DNA from: Seison nebaliae
Taxonomy: Eukaryota
DNA length: 20,000 bases
NCBI GenBank assembly: GCA_023231475.1
Contig: JALJEE010003072.1
Coordinates: 51,683-71,682, forward strand
Direction: 5' to 3'
Below the pieces are notes generated by a model, which did no database searches, was not told the origin of the DNA, and worked only from the letters and a program-made list of their open reading frames with translations. Of the stretch, positions 1 through 10,815 are shown piece by piece (the first letter of the stretch is position 1; every line of letters starts with the position of its first letter). Both the position numbers and the translations under genes were made by a program.

Positions 1-13
1 ATTCGATGCAGGA

Positions 14-256
14 ATGGTACATGCTTGTTCTCGATTAGTTCAAACAAATATAATCAGTTCAGAAGATGTAAATGCAGCAATTCCAGACCTTTCTGTACGA
101 AGTTTGTACGAACAAATTGAGAAAAGTCAACGACCACAGTCAAGTCAATTCAAATTTTTACAACAACAATTGAAACGGATTGCTGCAGAACATAACTCTT
201 ATGATAAGTCATTAAACTATGAATCACGATTTGAATTACAATTTTCCCAACTCTAA
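14..256 (+). mobile_element. Possible decayed C-terminal fragment of a Mutator-type (MULE) transposase
   Basis: ORF ends QQLKRIAAEHNSYDKSLNY, loosely like the C-terminal helix of animal MULE transposases, and lies next to a clearer MULE remnant. The similarity is weak. Confidence 0.25.
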
Positions 257-429
257 CTAGGAATCGGTAAACTTACCGTCATGCTTCAATCCGCCATTGG
301 AGTTACCGTATGTCAACTTACTTAATGGAAATTCTTCGTCCATCACTGAAGAATTGGAAATAATTCGAACGAAAAGACGAAAATTAGCCATAATATTTAA
401 GAATTTCATTAATAATGAAAAAAAAAATA

Positions 430-1382
430 TTTTGATGACAAAATTTACTACAATTGTCGTAAAGAAAAATGCAAAGCTTACGTCACCGTATCAGGTGGAA
501 AAATTTGGGCGCCCGTCTGGACCACAACCACGATTCATGCCCCACTCAAATCGATGAGCTGCGTTCGCTGAATACCATAAAGAATGTGGCCGAAACAACA
601 AAAATATCGACAAAGAATGTTGTTCTGAAAAATAAAGACATCGTGATTCAGGGAAATCGTCGTCAAAGCACGACAGAAAGAAATATAAGGCGATATCGCT
701 AGAATATTCGAGCGAAAGAATTACATGAATGTCGATCTGATGCCCTAATACATTCTCTCAACTGTTTGTTTTTGGGATAAAGCGTAATAATCGTCTCATC
801 ACACCATTTTACATCCTAATGAAAGGTCGAACGAAGAATAGTTATATAGAATTATTCACGAAAATTAAGCACGAATTTTCGATAAAACCACTCTCAATTA
901 CTTCAGATTTTGAAACTAGTTCCATTTTGGCGGCGGAAATGGTATTCCCTGATGCCAGCTTGCACGGATGCCTCTTTCACTTATCGCAATCGATTATGCG
1001 GCACGTGGGACAGCTAGGGATAAAGGAACTATATAAAACGGACAAAGATATTGCGAAGGATGTGAAGAAATTATCCTATCTTTCGTTTATTCCCCCTTTA
1101 ATGGTAGAAAATACTTTTAATATGCAGTTATGATTTGTATATAAGGGTGGCGAAAATGCCAAAAATACATACAAATACGTATAAAAGGGTGGCGAAAACG
1201 TCGAAAGCGCGAAACAAGCAGGGTGGCGAACTGTCCATTTTAAGAAAATGAAGCTCAGATTTGTACAAAAGGGTGGCGAAAACAACAAAAGTACATAAGT
1301 AGGGTGGCGAACTGTCCATTATTATGGTGGCGAACTGTTCGAATGAGAGTGAAAAAAAAAAGTGGCGAAAACACCGGGATTC
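430..1382 (+). mobile_element. Internally deleted, decayed Mutator (MULE/MuDR/Phantom-like) DNA transposon with its right terminus
   Basis: ORF 819-1133 has the MULE core (YILMKGRT..SY..LF, ITSDFE, AAEMVFP, GCLFHLSQ, LSYLSFIP). ORF 469-702 has HNH (end of a FLYWCH/WRKY-like finger). The frames are broken, and the coding part runs into a subterminal repeat array ending GTGGCGAAAACACCGGGATTC at 1382. Confidence 0.8.
1145..1371 (+). repeat. Subterminal direct-repeat array: seven copies of (GG)GTGGCGAA
   Basis: Copies at about 1145, 1187, 1221, 1271, 1302, 1326 and 1362. Two variants (..GAAAA and ..GAACTGT) with irregular spacing of about 23-50 nt. Confidence 0.9.
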
Positions 1383-2372
1383 GAAAAATTGTACATACAA
1401 TCTCATGACATTGGCAAGTTTCCACCATTTCATAAAGGGAAATTATCAAATAATAATCAGAGTAGTGTACAAACTGTAATAAACTAGTTTTGTCTTCTTT
1501 ATGAAAAATTATTATATCATAAAGATATTACTACAACTATACTACGTATATACTATGTAAAAAGGGTTTATGAAAGAAAAGATAGTGATATTTTTTGTGA
1601 TAATAAAGATACATGGGAAGAAACCAAAAAATTATATATTACACAAAACCAATAAAGAAAAGGATTAAAAGATGACAATAATGCAAAGGGTTCAAATTAT
1701 CAATCATATCATGATAAGATTACAAAGAATATTTACATCGAACAAACGGTTTCAAGATTCAAACCTTCCTCATCAACATTATCATTATTTTCTCAATTAA
1801 ACAACAAACTATTAATCGTTGTTCTTATTTCTCTACTTAACCATAAATATTGAATTTAATTGATTTCTTTGAATTTAAAATTTGACAATATATCGATAAC
1901 AAATTTTACTAACCATTCACTTTTAAGTTCGTAATGGACAGTTCCTTTTCTCATTTAACTATTAATAAATTATTCGACGATTAACTTTTCTTTTATACTT
2001 TCCATTATAAACAAAATCTTCATTTAAATAAGAATAATAAGCGAATAATCGTCAAATTTCCGTTCGATTAAAATAGAGTTCGATGACGGAATGAGTAATT
2101 CATGATATGTTAATGAACCTTCATTTTAGAAAGTTTCAGAAGTTTATATTGTTTAACTAAGAAACTACAAGAATATCGTAAAGTAGTGACAGAATTTATC
2201 AAAATTTTTTAAGAGATATAATTTCTTCCTTTCGTTAGAAAGTTTTGTAAGTTCAACATGATAATTTTTAGTCACCATATTTCGCAAAGTCGTGTTCATT
2301 TGATAAGAAGTAATGAAACTTGTTTTTAAAATAATTATCATATTATATAACTTTCGAAGAAGTAAATTACAG

Positions 2373-3471
2373 ACATCGGAAAGTGATTATGTTGAATTAA
2401 TTTACCAAGATGTTTCCACCAAAACTGAATTAAAATTATCAGATATTAATGTCATTAGTCCCAATCGTCACGTTTTAAGTTATTGCGATTTTGGTAAGAA
2501 GAAATGGTGTGATTGGTCACCTCATGGTTTAGAATCGAATCAATGGAGATTTGGCATTATTAATAATCGATCTGCAACATCATTTACCGGTTCTTCTTTT
2601 CTACCCAAAATCATCTCCTTCAAACTTTCCCATCTTATTCGACAGAACAAAACTCGAAACCATATTTATATTTCTTAGTGAATAATGATAAAAATTACGA
2701 ACATAGTATAATCTCCAAATGGATACCATCTTGTGGAAGTATCAATATCCATATCGAATATCGGATTCTTTGGCATCCCGATCATATCGGTATCGATTAT
2801 ATATATGCAAATGAATTACGAAAGAGGCGGCATCGTTTCAAGAGAGAAATTGAATCGAATAATTCATTCCGCATTCCACGATCGACGGAAAATGACGACA
2901 ATTCCGGTTTCGCTAAAGATTCATCAATTCGATATTCGTTGACTGGAAAGCATCGAGTTAGTTTTCGAAAGAATTTTTTTTTAATTAAAATTTTTCTTTC
3001 AAGTTAATTTTCATCGCTCGAATTATAAAAAACGAGACTAATGTATCATTAAGATCAGTTTCCATCAAGAAGGTTATTATATTTGGAGAGAATTGTTTGA
3101 GGGACGTCTTGTCGAAACCAGGAAAAATTATTAGAAACAACAAATCTCAAATGATCCAATCAAGTATAATTGCGCCATATAGTTCTATTTTAATAGTTTG
3201 TCAATTATAATATCATCTTTAAAACGAAGAACATTACTGGGAAATGAATGCATGTAGAAGTTATATAAATGAATTGAGAATATTGAAAGAATCTGGAGAT
3301 CTTTGGAAACGAGCTTTAATTACTCTCAGTCTTGTCATTGGAATAATTTGTTTAATATTTCTAATATTTTTCGTGAGATTCCTATGGATCGAAGACATTT
3401 CAATGGTTAAAACAAAAAAAGCCGTTTACGAATTATTCGGAAAGAGAAAAGGAAAGATTTCGACTCAATAA
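2373..3471 (+). CDS. MAM-like domain single-pass (type I) membrane protein, spliced; 5' exons unresolved
   Basis: Introns 2590-2645, 2957-3003 and probably 3182-3229 join one frame with MAM-like motifs (CDFGKKKWCDW..QW, PYLYF, SIISKW, LIFIA..VSIKKV..C) followed by a hydrophobic helix (ALITLSLVIGIICLIFLIFFV) and a short basic tail. Stop at 3469-3471. Confidence 0.65.
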
Positions 3472-3472
3472 A
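3467..3472 (+). promoter_or_regulatory. AATAAA polyadenylation signal overlapping the stop codon of the MAM-like gene
   Basis: CAATAAA: the TAA stop is embedded in AATAAA, and only 6 nt separate it from the convergent gene. Confidence 0.45.
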
Positions 3473-3477
3473 TCTCT

Positions 3478-4716
3478 TTAATTCAATGACAATTGGATGT
3501 AAAAGAATTTCATATTTCCACAATAAAAATGATGGAATTGACGTGAGAAATAATGGATAAGGCCAAATAAGTTATCATCATTCGATGCGAATATTTTCAG
3601 TTTTTCAAATTCTTCATCAACTGCTTCTAAATTTTGTTCCAATCGATTTTTATAATAATCCGTTTCCTCAACAATTTCCTTCACAGAATAATTCGCTTCG
3701 ATTGCATATCCCAATAATTCCTTTAATTCTAATAAATGATATTGTCGACTTTTGCAAAACGATGTGAAATCGACATCGTATGGTGGACCGATAGAAGAGA
3801 AATCTAAGAGAATTAAATTTCCGTCTTTACCTAAACAATTTCTGATTAATTTCAGATGTTGTAATTTATTATCCAAATATATCATCTGTTCACTCATAAT
3901 GATGATGTCATATATCGTGGAATTATCTGCTGTTGTTTGAGTTAAATATTTTCGATATTCGAATTCCATATTCCGATGTTGATTAATACCCATTTTCATA
4001 CATGTCTGATACACATAAAGTTGATCTTCAATAATTTTTGCTTGAAAATCCTGTTGACACATTCGACGTAATCGACTCGCTAATGGAATGACATGGGAAC
4101 CACAAAATAAAATTTTCACTTTTCTTCCATCATTCGATTTCCGGTTAATTAGAGAAGATAATCGACGTAACAAAAGTTTTGTATATTCGTCATCGAATTT
4201 ATAAGAGAATTGAAAGGTCGTCATAATTTGTTGGGCTTTCTCGAACAATTCCAAATTCATTTCATTAAAATTGTCGAATTCATTATGAAATTGAAATCCG
4301 AAATATTCTTCTATTTCCTTCATTTTCATGATAGTGGTACAAGTTGTATCGGAAATTTTTTGATTAATAATTTCCAGGAAATATAATTTATTATCGAATT
4401 CCAATGATTTCTCTTGGAATTTTTTTTTCAATTTTGACATGTCATACCGATATAGAGCATCTTCGTTGATGACGATAGTATTTTTGGTAAACTTGCTTAG
4501 AATTGCTTTCAAAATGACATGTTCATTTTCTTTCAAACTTTCCAAAAATTTCAAAAGAATTAAATCGAATTCTTTCTCAGAGAATGTCGGTGGATTGTTG
4601 TGCAATTGTCTTAGGGTGAAATGTTGTGAGTGTTTGGAATATTGTTGGACGAAAGTCTTGAGTTTATCATCGAAATCTCCAATTAGGAGGACGGAACGAT
4701 TATGAAATAATTCCAT
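3478..4716 (-). CDS. Phosphoethanolamine N-methyltransferase (PEAMT/PMT)-like two-domain protein, intronless, catalytic motifs degenerate
   Basis: 412-aa ORF. The C-terminal half matches PEAMT domain 2 (YDIIIMSEQMIYLDNK, LGKDGNLILLDF, DFTSFCKSRQYHL, EETDYYKNRLEQNLE). The N-terminus (RSVLLIG, EFDLILLKFL) resembles a relic of domain 1. Confidence 0.7.
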   Translation of the reverse strand: MELFHNRSVLLIGDFDDKLKTFVQQYSKHSQHFTLRQLHNNPPTFSEKEFDLILLKFLESLKENEHVILKAILSKFTKNTIVINEDALYRYDMSKLKKKFQEKSLEFDNKLYFLEIINQKISDTTCTTIMKMKEIEEYFGFQFHNEFDNFNEMNLELFEKAQQIMTTFQFSYKFDDEYTKLLLRRLSSLINRKSNDGRKVKILFCGSHVIPLASRLRRMCQQDFQAKIIEDQLYVYQTCMKMGINQHRNMEFEYRKYLTQTTADNSTIYDIIIMSEQMIYLDNKLQHLKLIRNCLGKDGNLILLDFSSIGPPYDVDFTSFCKSRQYHLLELKELLGYAIEANYSVKEIVEETDYYKNRLEQNLEAVDEEFEKLKIFASNDDNLFGLIHYFSRQFHHFYCGNMKFFYIQLSLN

Positions 4717-4781
4717 TGTCGTAAATGATATTTACATAAATTGTCTATGTGTTTTAGTCGATTGACATTTGGAGAAAAAAA

Positions 4782-6381
4782 ATGGAATATTTGATTTTAT
4801 TTCTTATTCAGTTTCCGTTTGTAATTTATGCAATTTATGTTACTGAGTTGAGCGATTCTGCTCATTCACCGGAATACTTTCGTAATTTGATCGGTTAATA
4901 GGAATCAATTCTCCTTGGAATGAATAAAAGAGAATTGGAGAAATTGAGAATGAATGAGAATGAAATTAATGAGAAGAAGTTGAGATAAAAAAAAAAGAAA
5001 GAAAAAAGAGGAGAGTTGGAAGAGGAATTGAATGAGTGAATAATAGAATAATTCAACATTTCCTTTTAGACAAGGATGGTATTGTTCGAACATATTATGC
5101 TTTACCTGGAAGACATCCATTGAAGTTAGAGAGGGCGAAAGTGAAATGTAGCGACAAGAATCTTTATCCGTATATCGATCGGATAGGTCGTGTCTTTCGT
5201 ACACATATAGGTTTACTGTGATTTTATCAATATCATTAATGTTCGAATTAATAGAGAGTAAATTAGCGACGATTAACAATGATAACGATCTAAAGATATT
5301 AAAACATTACGTGAAAAATATGCAAGATATTTATCATTGTATCTGGATCGACGATCGACGTACACTGCCCCTGATGGGATTGAATGAGAGGAAGCAGGAC
5401 ATCTATCGACTACAACCTTTATGTCCATCGTTATGCGTCGAGAATAATGAATATGTGTTCGTCATTTCATCGATAATATCACAAGAACAAATTCTGATTT
5501 GATAGGGTCAATTTAGAGAAATGTTACGGAGGTGATACTTTATATGAACGACTTGTCGTTTGTGAATTAAGTTAGAAATCGTTCTTCATTATTCAATCTT
5601 TGTCATTCGATGGACATCATTATGTGAGTGTCGTCCTTCGATCATTGAGACATATGTTCAAATTGGAAAGAATAATTTCTTTTATTCAGATCAAAATATT
5701 ACAGCGATGTTATTATCACAAACATTGTACGTTTATGACAAGGGGAAAACTCCAACATTAAAAGAAATTTATGCCGAGTATATACCCGATCCATTTCCTA
5801 ATCCTAATTATGATATGAATCTTTATTTCGGTATTTATGATCGATGTTCATTTCCATTCTTTTCTCCATCTCCTTTTCCAATTTCTTCTTCCAGTCAACG
5901 ACGAACAAAAAGAATTACATGTGAATTTCATAAAACGAACCGGGTTATCTATCGTCGAATGATATTTAGAATCTGACTATTCCTTCCAATTTCACTAGGG
6001 AGAATGAATGTGTCAATGAACAACAAATGATTAGATTAGCTTACACTTGGAGTATTAATGTGGGAATATCTCTCTGTTTCCTCATACTCGTTTTCCATTG
6101 TTTATTGGCTGTACAATTCACGAGAAAGTTCATTTTCCTTCGAGGAACTATCAGTTTGAAAAGGAAATTAAAAAGTTCTTTTCACAATTCCAAATTCTTC
6201 ACAATCTTTCTCCCCATCAGCTCTGAAGAAAAACTATCTGACTCTTCTCGAAGAAGCTGAAGATCAAGATCGTGCACAAAATAAACGACATTTGTCTAAT
6301 TCATTCAAAAGTTCCGGCACTCCATACAATACACGGAACACAATATTTAGTTACGCAACAAAACAAACAAATTCCTATTAA
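4782..6381 (+). CDS. C-type lectin-like domain (CTLD) type I membrane protein, 8 exons
   Basis: Signal peptide MEYLILFLIQFPFVIYA. Introns 4894-5069, 5211-5254, 5457-5505, 5571-5689, 5846-5894, 5944-5998 and 6175-6220 keep one frame. CTLD motifs: YY..L..A...C, KLATI, CIWI, CPSLC, C..Y..VVCE. TM helix INVGISLCFLILVFHCLLAV. Stop at 6379-6381. The last donor could instead be 6154. Confidence 0.75.
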
Positions 6382-6734
6382 AATCCATTTTTCCAACCAT
6401 AAATAACTCGACTCAATTATCAGAATAATCCAAATAAATTCGCATTCTGAATAAAGATTATTAATGAGAATAATTGTCAAGTTTTCAGGTAATTCCTCAG
6501 TTCTCGACGGTCATTTTGCCAAGGTAAATTGGAGATCATGGTACGTCGTGTGCAATTTGAATAAGCAGCTTCTGAGAATAGGAAAGGAGATGACAAATGA
6601 TTATCTTGTAGAACTTCATCGATCGCTTTTTGGAATTGTCGGTCGCTAAATAATTTTTATATTGAAAAGAAAATTTTTCTTTCTACCTAAATTTTTCAAC
6701 TGTTTATGAACTAAATAACTACTTGGTAAAGAAG

Positions 6735-9700
6735 ATGTTGCAATGTTTACTTCGAAAGCGATCAATCAAACACATTCTCATTCTCATGGGAAGTTCACTC
6801 TGTATTACTTTGATATTCGGATTCTATGCCACTTCCATATCTTCCAATCACTCTGTCATTGTTAATTTTCCTGATAAAAATTCTAAAAATTCTAATAAAT
6901 TTTTTAATTCCTAAAATTTTTATTTTATGGTATATCTATATCTTATGATTATGATGTGTTAAAACAGAGAACAAATACTAAAACTCATCAAAAAGACGAA
7001 TTGATAAAATCTGAAGATGTTCAAAAGAGAAATGAAAAGAAAGAAAAGACGAACATTATTCACGTTTCTCAAGTGTGCGAGAGTATTTCCTTTAAAGACA
7101 TTAATGGTGGTGTCTGGAAACAGGGATGGCCAATATTCGTAGAGAAAGAGAATAAGAAAAGATTAAATGTTTTCATTGTTCCACATTCTCATAATGATCC
7201 CGGTTCGTTTTATAATTAATCATATTTCATCAATTTTTCCTGATTCAGGATGGATAAAAACGTACGAAAATTATTTTGAAACACAAACGAAACATATTCT
7301 TGATTCTCTTCTTCACAGTTTATATGAGGAGCCGAATAAACGGTTTATTTGGGCAGAAATTAGTTATCTTTACTTATGGTGGAATCAAGTTCGTTTTTTT
7401 TTCTTTCGATTATTTAAATATTTCAATAATAATTCTCCTTAAAAATCATTGATTAGGCATCAAATGAAGATAGGAAACGTATGAAATATATTATTGAAGA
7501 GAAGAAGCGAATGCAAATTGTGACTGGTGGATGGGTGATGCCAGATGAAGCGAACAGTGACATTTATTCATTGATCAATCAATTAATTGATGGACATCAA
7601 TGGCTGAATGAGAATATGCCAAGTTTAAAAATTTATTTAATTTATAAGAAAATAATTATTGGTGATCGATTGATTGATTAGATGTTGTGGTGAATAATGG
7701 ATGGTCTATTGATCCGTTTGGATATGGACCAACTAATGCTTATTTGTTGTCTAAATCTCAAATCAAATCAGGTAGTATTATTCAGCGAGTGCATTATATT
7801 CTCAAAAAATATTTCGCTTCAAAACAACAATTAAGATTTTTTTGGAAACAACTTTTTGGTTTCTATTTATTATTATCCGTTGATTTGTTTGCAATATCGA
7901 TTTATTAGATGATAATGGAAAATTGACAAAGAATTTAATCGAAACGATGCCATTCTATTCTTATGATGTTCCACATACTTGTGGGCCAGATCCGGCGGTT
8001 TGTTGTCAATTCGATTTTGCGAGAATTCGAGGCTTGCGAGGTCATTGTCCATGGGGGAAAGCTCCAATTCAGATCAATCCGAGAAATATCGCAGAACGGT
8101 TTTAATATAATTTATTCCATATTAAATTTATCGAAGTTTATTTAGAGCAACAACTCTAGTAGATCAATATCGAAAGAAAGCGTCATTGTATTCGATTGAT
8201 GGAATGGATGAAGATATCGTTCTCATTCCGTTAGGTGATGATTTCCGATATCAATCAATTGAAGAATGTAAATATCAATTTCAAAATTATGATAAATTAA
8301 TTGATTACATTAATGAAAAAGAACATTTCAATGTAGCCGTTAGTCTTTCTTTTTCGATGTCTCTCACTTTCAATTCTCAGATTCAATATGGAACATTGGA
8401 AGAATATTTCAAACAGTTCGCTGCATTAATCGGTTCAGATATCGATTCCAATTTATCAATTTTAGATGGCGACTTTTTCACATATGCTGATCGTGAAGAT
8501 CATTATTGGAGTGGCTACTTTACCACTCGACCATTTTATAAACGACAAGATCGTCGATTAGGCGCCTCATTACGAATGAGTGACCAATTGTCCGAATGGG
8601 CCAGTGACGAAATGTCCGCGAATGAAAAGATAACTAATTATGATCTTCTCATATCAGCTCATCGTACACTCTCACTCTTCCAACATCATGACGGTATTAC
8701 TGGTACTAGTGTTCATAATGTCGTCCTTGATTATGGTAGCAAGTTCTCTTATTTTTCCTATCAACAACAACAACAACTAAATTTTTCTGCAGATTGAAAT
8801 TAGCTTTAAGAAATGCGAATAAAATCAAAAAAGAATCGATCGAAAATATATTACGAAATAAACAAAAGGAAACAGTTTCAATTGTACTCGACGAAACGGA
8901 AACAGAAACCCCATATGATCCTCCTCAACGTAATCGAATGGAACTGAATGAGAGAAACAAGTTTAAATAAATTTTTATACTGTATAATTTAAAGTAAATT
9001 TTTGTGTTTTCAGTTGCAAATTCGTTGGGATTACTAATTCCATTCATTTAAAACGAAAAGAATTGATCACCATTCGTATTTCCACGAAACATCCTAAAGA
9101 TATTTTTGTTAAACATTCGGAATCGGATGAAGAAATTCCATCACAAATTGAACTCGATTTGTATGTTCATTGTTGTTCGAACCATTTGAGAATAGACAAG
9201 GAACTCTATCGAGTTAATTTCCCAAAAAACATTTCATAATTTTCTTTCAATATTTCTTATCATTTAACAGATAACATTTCCAGTAAATGTCAAACCATTT
9301 TCGATGAATTCCTATGCGATATGTTTAGGATCCAATCCGAAAAATATGAAAATTAGTAAAATTGAATTCCACGATTTCTCAGTTGATGGAATTGATGATA
9401 TTTCAGCTGATTTCATCAGTCCGACTGATCGATCGAAACCGTTGGAATTAGGAAACTTTTTATATCGATTATCATTCGATCGACAAACAACTTTATTGAA
9501 ATCGATTGAGAAGAGTGACGACATTGAGAAAATGGAAATATCATTTAAAAAATATCAATCATCTACTCGATCCGATCATCAATCCGGTGCTTATCTTTTC
9601 CTCCCACAAAATGAGAATGGACAAATAATCGAATTAGATAATCCGAAATTTTTAAAATATTCTAACGGACAATTAGAAGAACGAATAGAAACGTTCGTAG

Positions 9701-10617
9701 GCAATACCATCAAACATACCGTTCAATTGATATCTGTCGGTCTAATGCAACAATCCGTCACCATCAAAAATGAAATAATGTTATCAAATGAAAATGTAGA
9801 TGTAGCAATGAGAATAAAATCGAATGTGGAGAATTATGAAAGATATTTTTTTACAGATTCAAATCGTCATACGATTATGCGTCGTCGTTTTATGAAGAAA
9901 TTACCATTACAAGGAAACGTTTATCCGATGCCATCATCGATTTTCTTGGAAGATAATGAGAGACGACTCACTGTCACTTCAACTCAACCTCTTGGAACTA
10001 CTAGTCCAGATGTTGGAGTAATCGAAATATTTTTGGATCGTCGATCAATTTATGATGATAATCGAGGAATGGGACAAGGTGTGACGGATAACGTTAGAAC
10101 CGAATCCATATTCAATTTAGTTTTAGAGAAACGTAACTTATTCCAAGAAAAGAATCATCTCAACTCTGCCAATACTTTATTATCGACACTCATTCAATTA
10201 TCATCATCAAATCCATTTTTCTTATTTGAAATGAAAAAATCGATGACTGAAATGAAATCGGATTTATTTCCTTGTTCTATCAACGTCGAAGGTAAAAGAC
10301 GATTATTTAACAACGATTACTTAATTGTATTCCATCACATATTAACTGATGAGAAAGCGTTTAAAGAACCGATTCCTGATGACATTTGCATTCCATCAAA
10401 TAACCACAAAACGGTTTTCAATTAATTTAAATATTTTAATTTCACAATTTCTTTCTTCTAATAGATATTCGTTCCAATGAAGAGATATATGAAAAGTAAA
10501 CATTTCAAATCATATTTCTTAAGCGATTTGACAGGTCAACGAATCATCGAGAAAGAAATTGTCGACGATTCTTTCTCAATGTTTCCCGGAGAAATTAGTT
10601 CGGTAATTTATCGTTGA
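6735..10617 (+). CDS. MAN2A1: Golgi alpha-mannosidase II (GH38), type II membrane protein, 12 exons
   Basis: N-terminal TM anchor; motifs [35 protein letters not shown] (nucleophile Asp), [63 protein letters not shown]. Introns: 6861-6967, 7203-7248, 7389-7456, 7623-7681, 7859-7908, 8099-8145, 8339-8380, 8743-8792, 8961-9013, 9213-9270, 10414-10464. Symbol is at MAN2A family level. Confidence 0.96.
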
Positions 10618-10815
10618 ACATTTTACTAATAACTCATTTTGGTGTACTTTCCTTCTTATTCTTTGTTATTGTTTATCCAATATTTAAATTCACTCATTAT
10701 TTATCTTTCCATTTCCTCAATTAAAACTGGTATTAAACAGGAATTATATCAAATAAGAGAAAAAGTGAAATAGAAAAAAAAAGTGGCGAAAAATAAATTG
10801 TTAAATAAAAGAAAT

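Noticed and set aside
1145..1371. CRISPR-like repeat/spacer array
   Set aside because: The repeats are only 8-14 nt with irregular spacing and related spacers. There are no cas genes and the context is eukaryotic; a MULE terminus explains it.
1076..1449. Minus-strand ORFs over the repeat array, and other short antisense ORFs (e.g. 4439-4705, 4905-5279, 9312-9524, 15127-15321, 18750-19007, 19147-19347)
   Set aside because: Shadow frames of repeats or of real genes on the opposite strand, with no recognisable motifs.
6518..6556. U1 snRNA-like words on the minus strand (ATTGCAC, TACCATGATC, TTACCT)
   Set aside because: They occur in the reverse of U1 order with no Sm site, so chance is likely.
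8761..8777. Poly-Gln tract at the end of ORF 8186-8797
   Set aside because: The (CAA)n run lies inside intron 8743-8792 and is not coding.
6735..10617. Pseudogenised mannosidase or alternative genetic code explaining the fragmented ORFs
   Set aside because: Every break is bridged by a phase-compatible GT-AG intron, catalytic motifs are intact, and TAA/TGA act as normal stops.
10774..10792. A9-GTGGCGAAAA match to the MULE terminal repeat
   Set aside because: A single copy, half of it poly-A, with no other element sequence around it.
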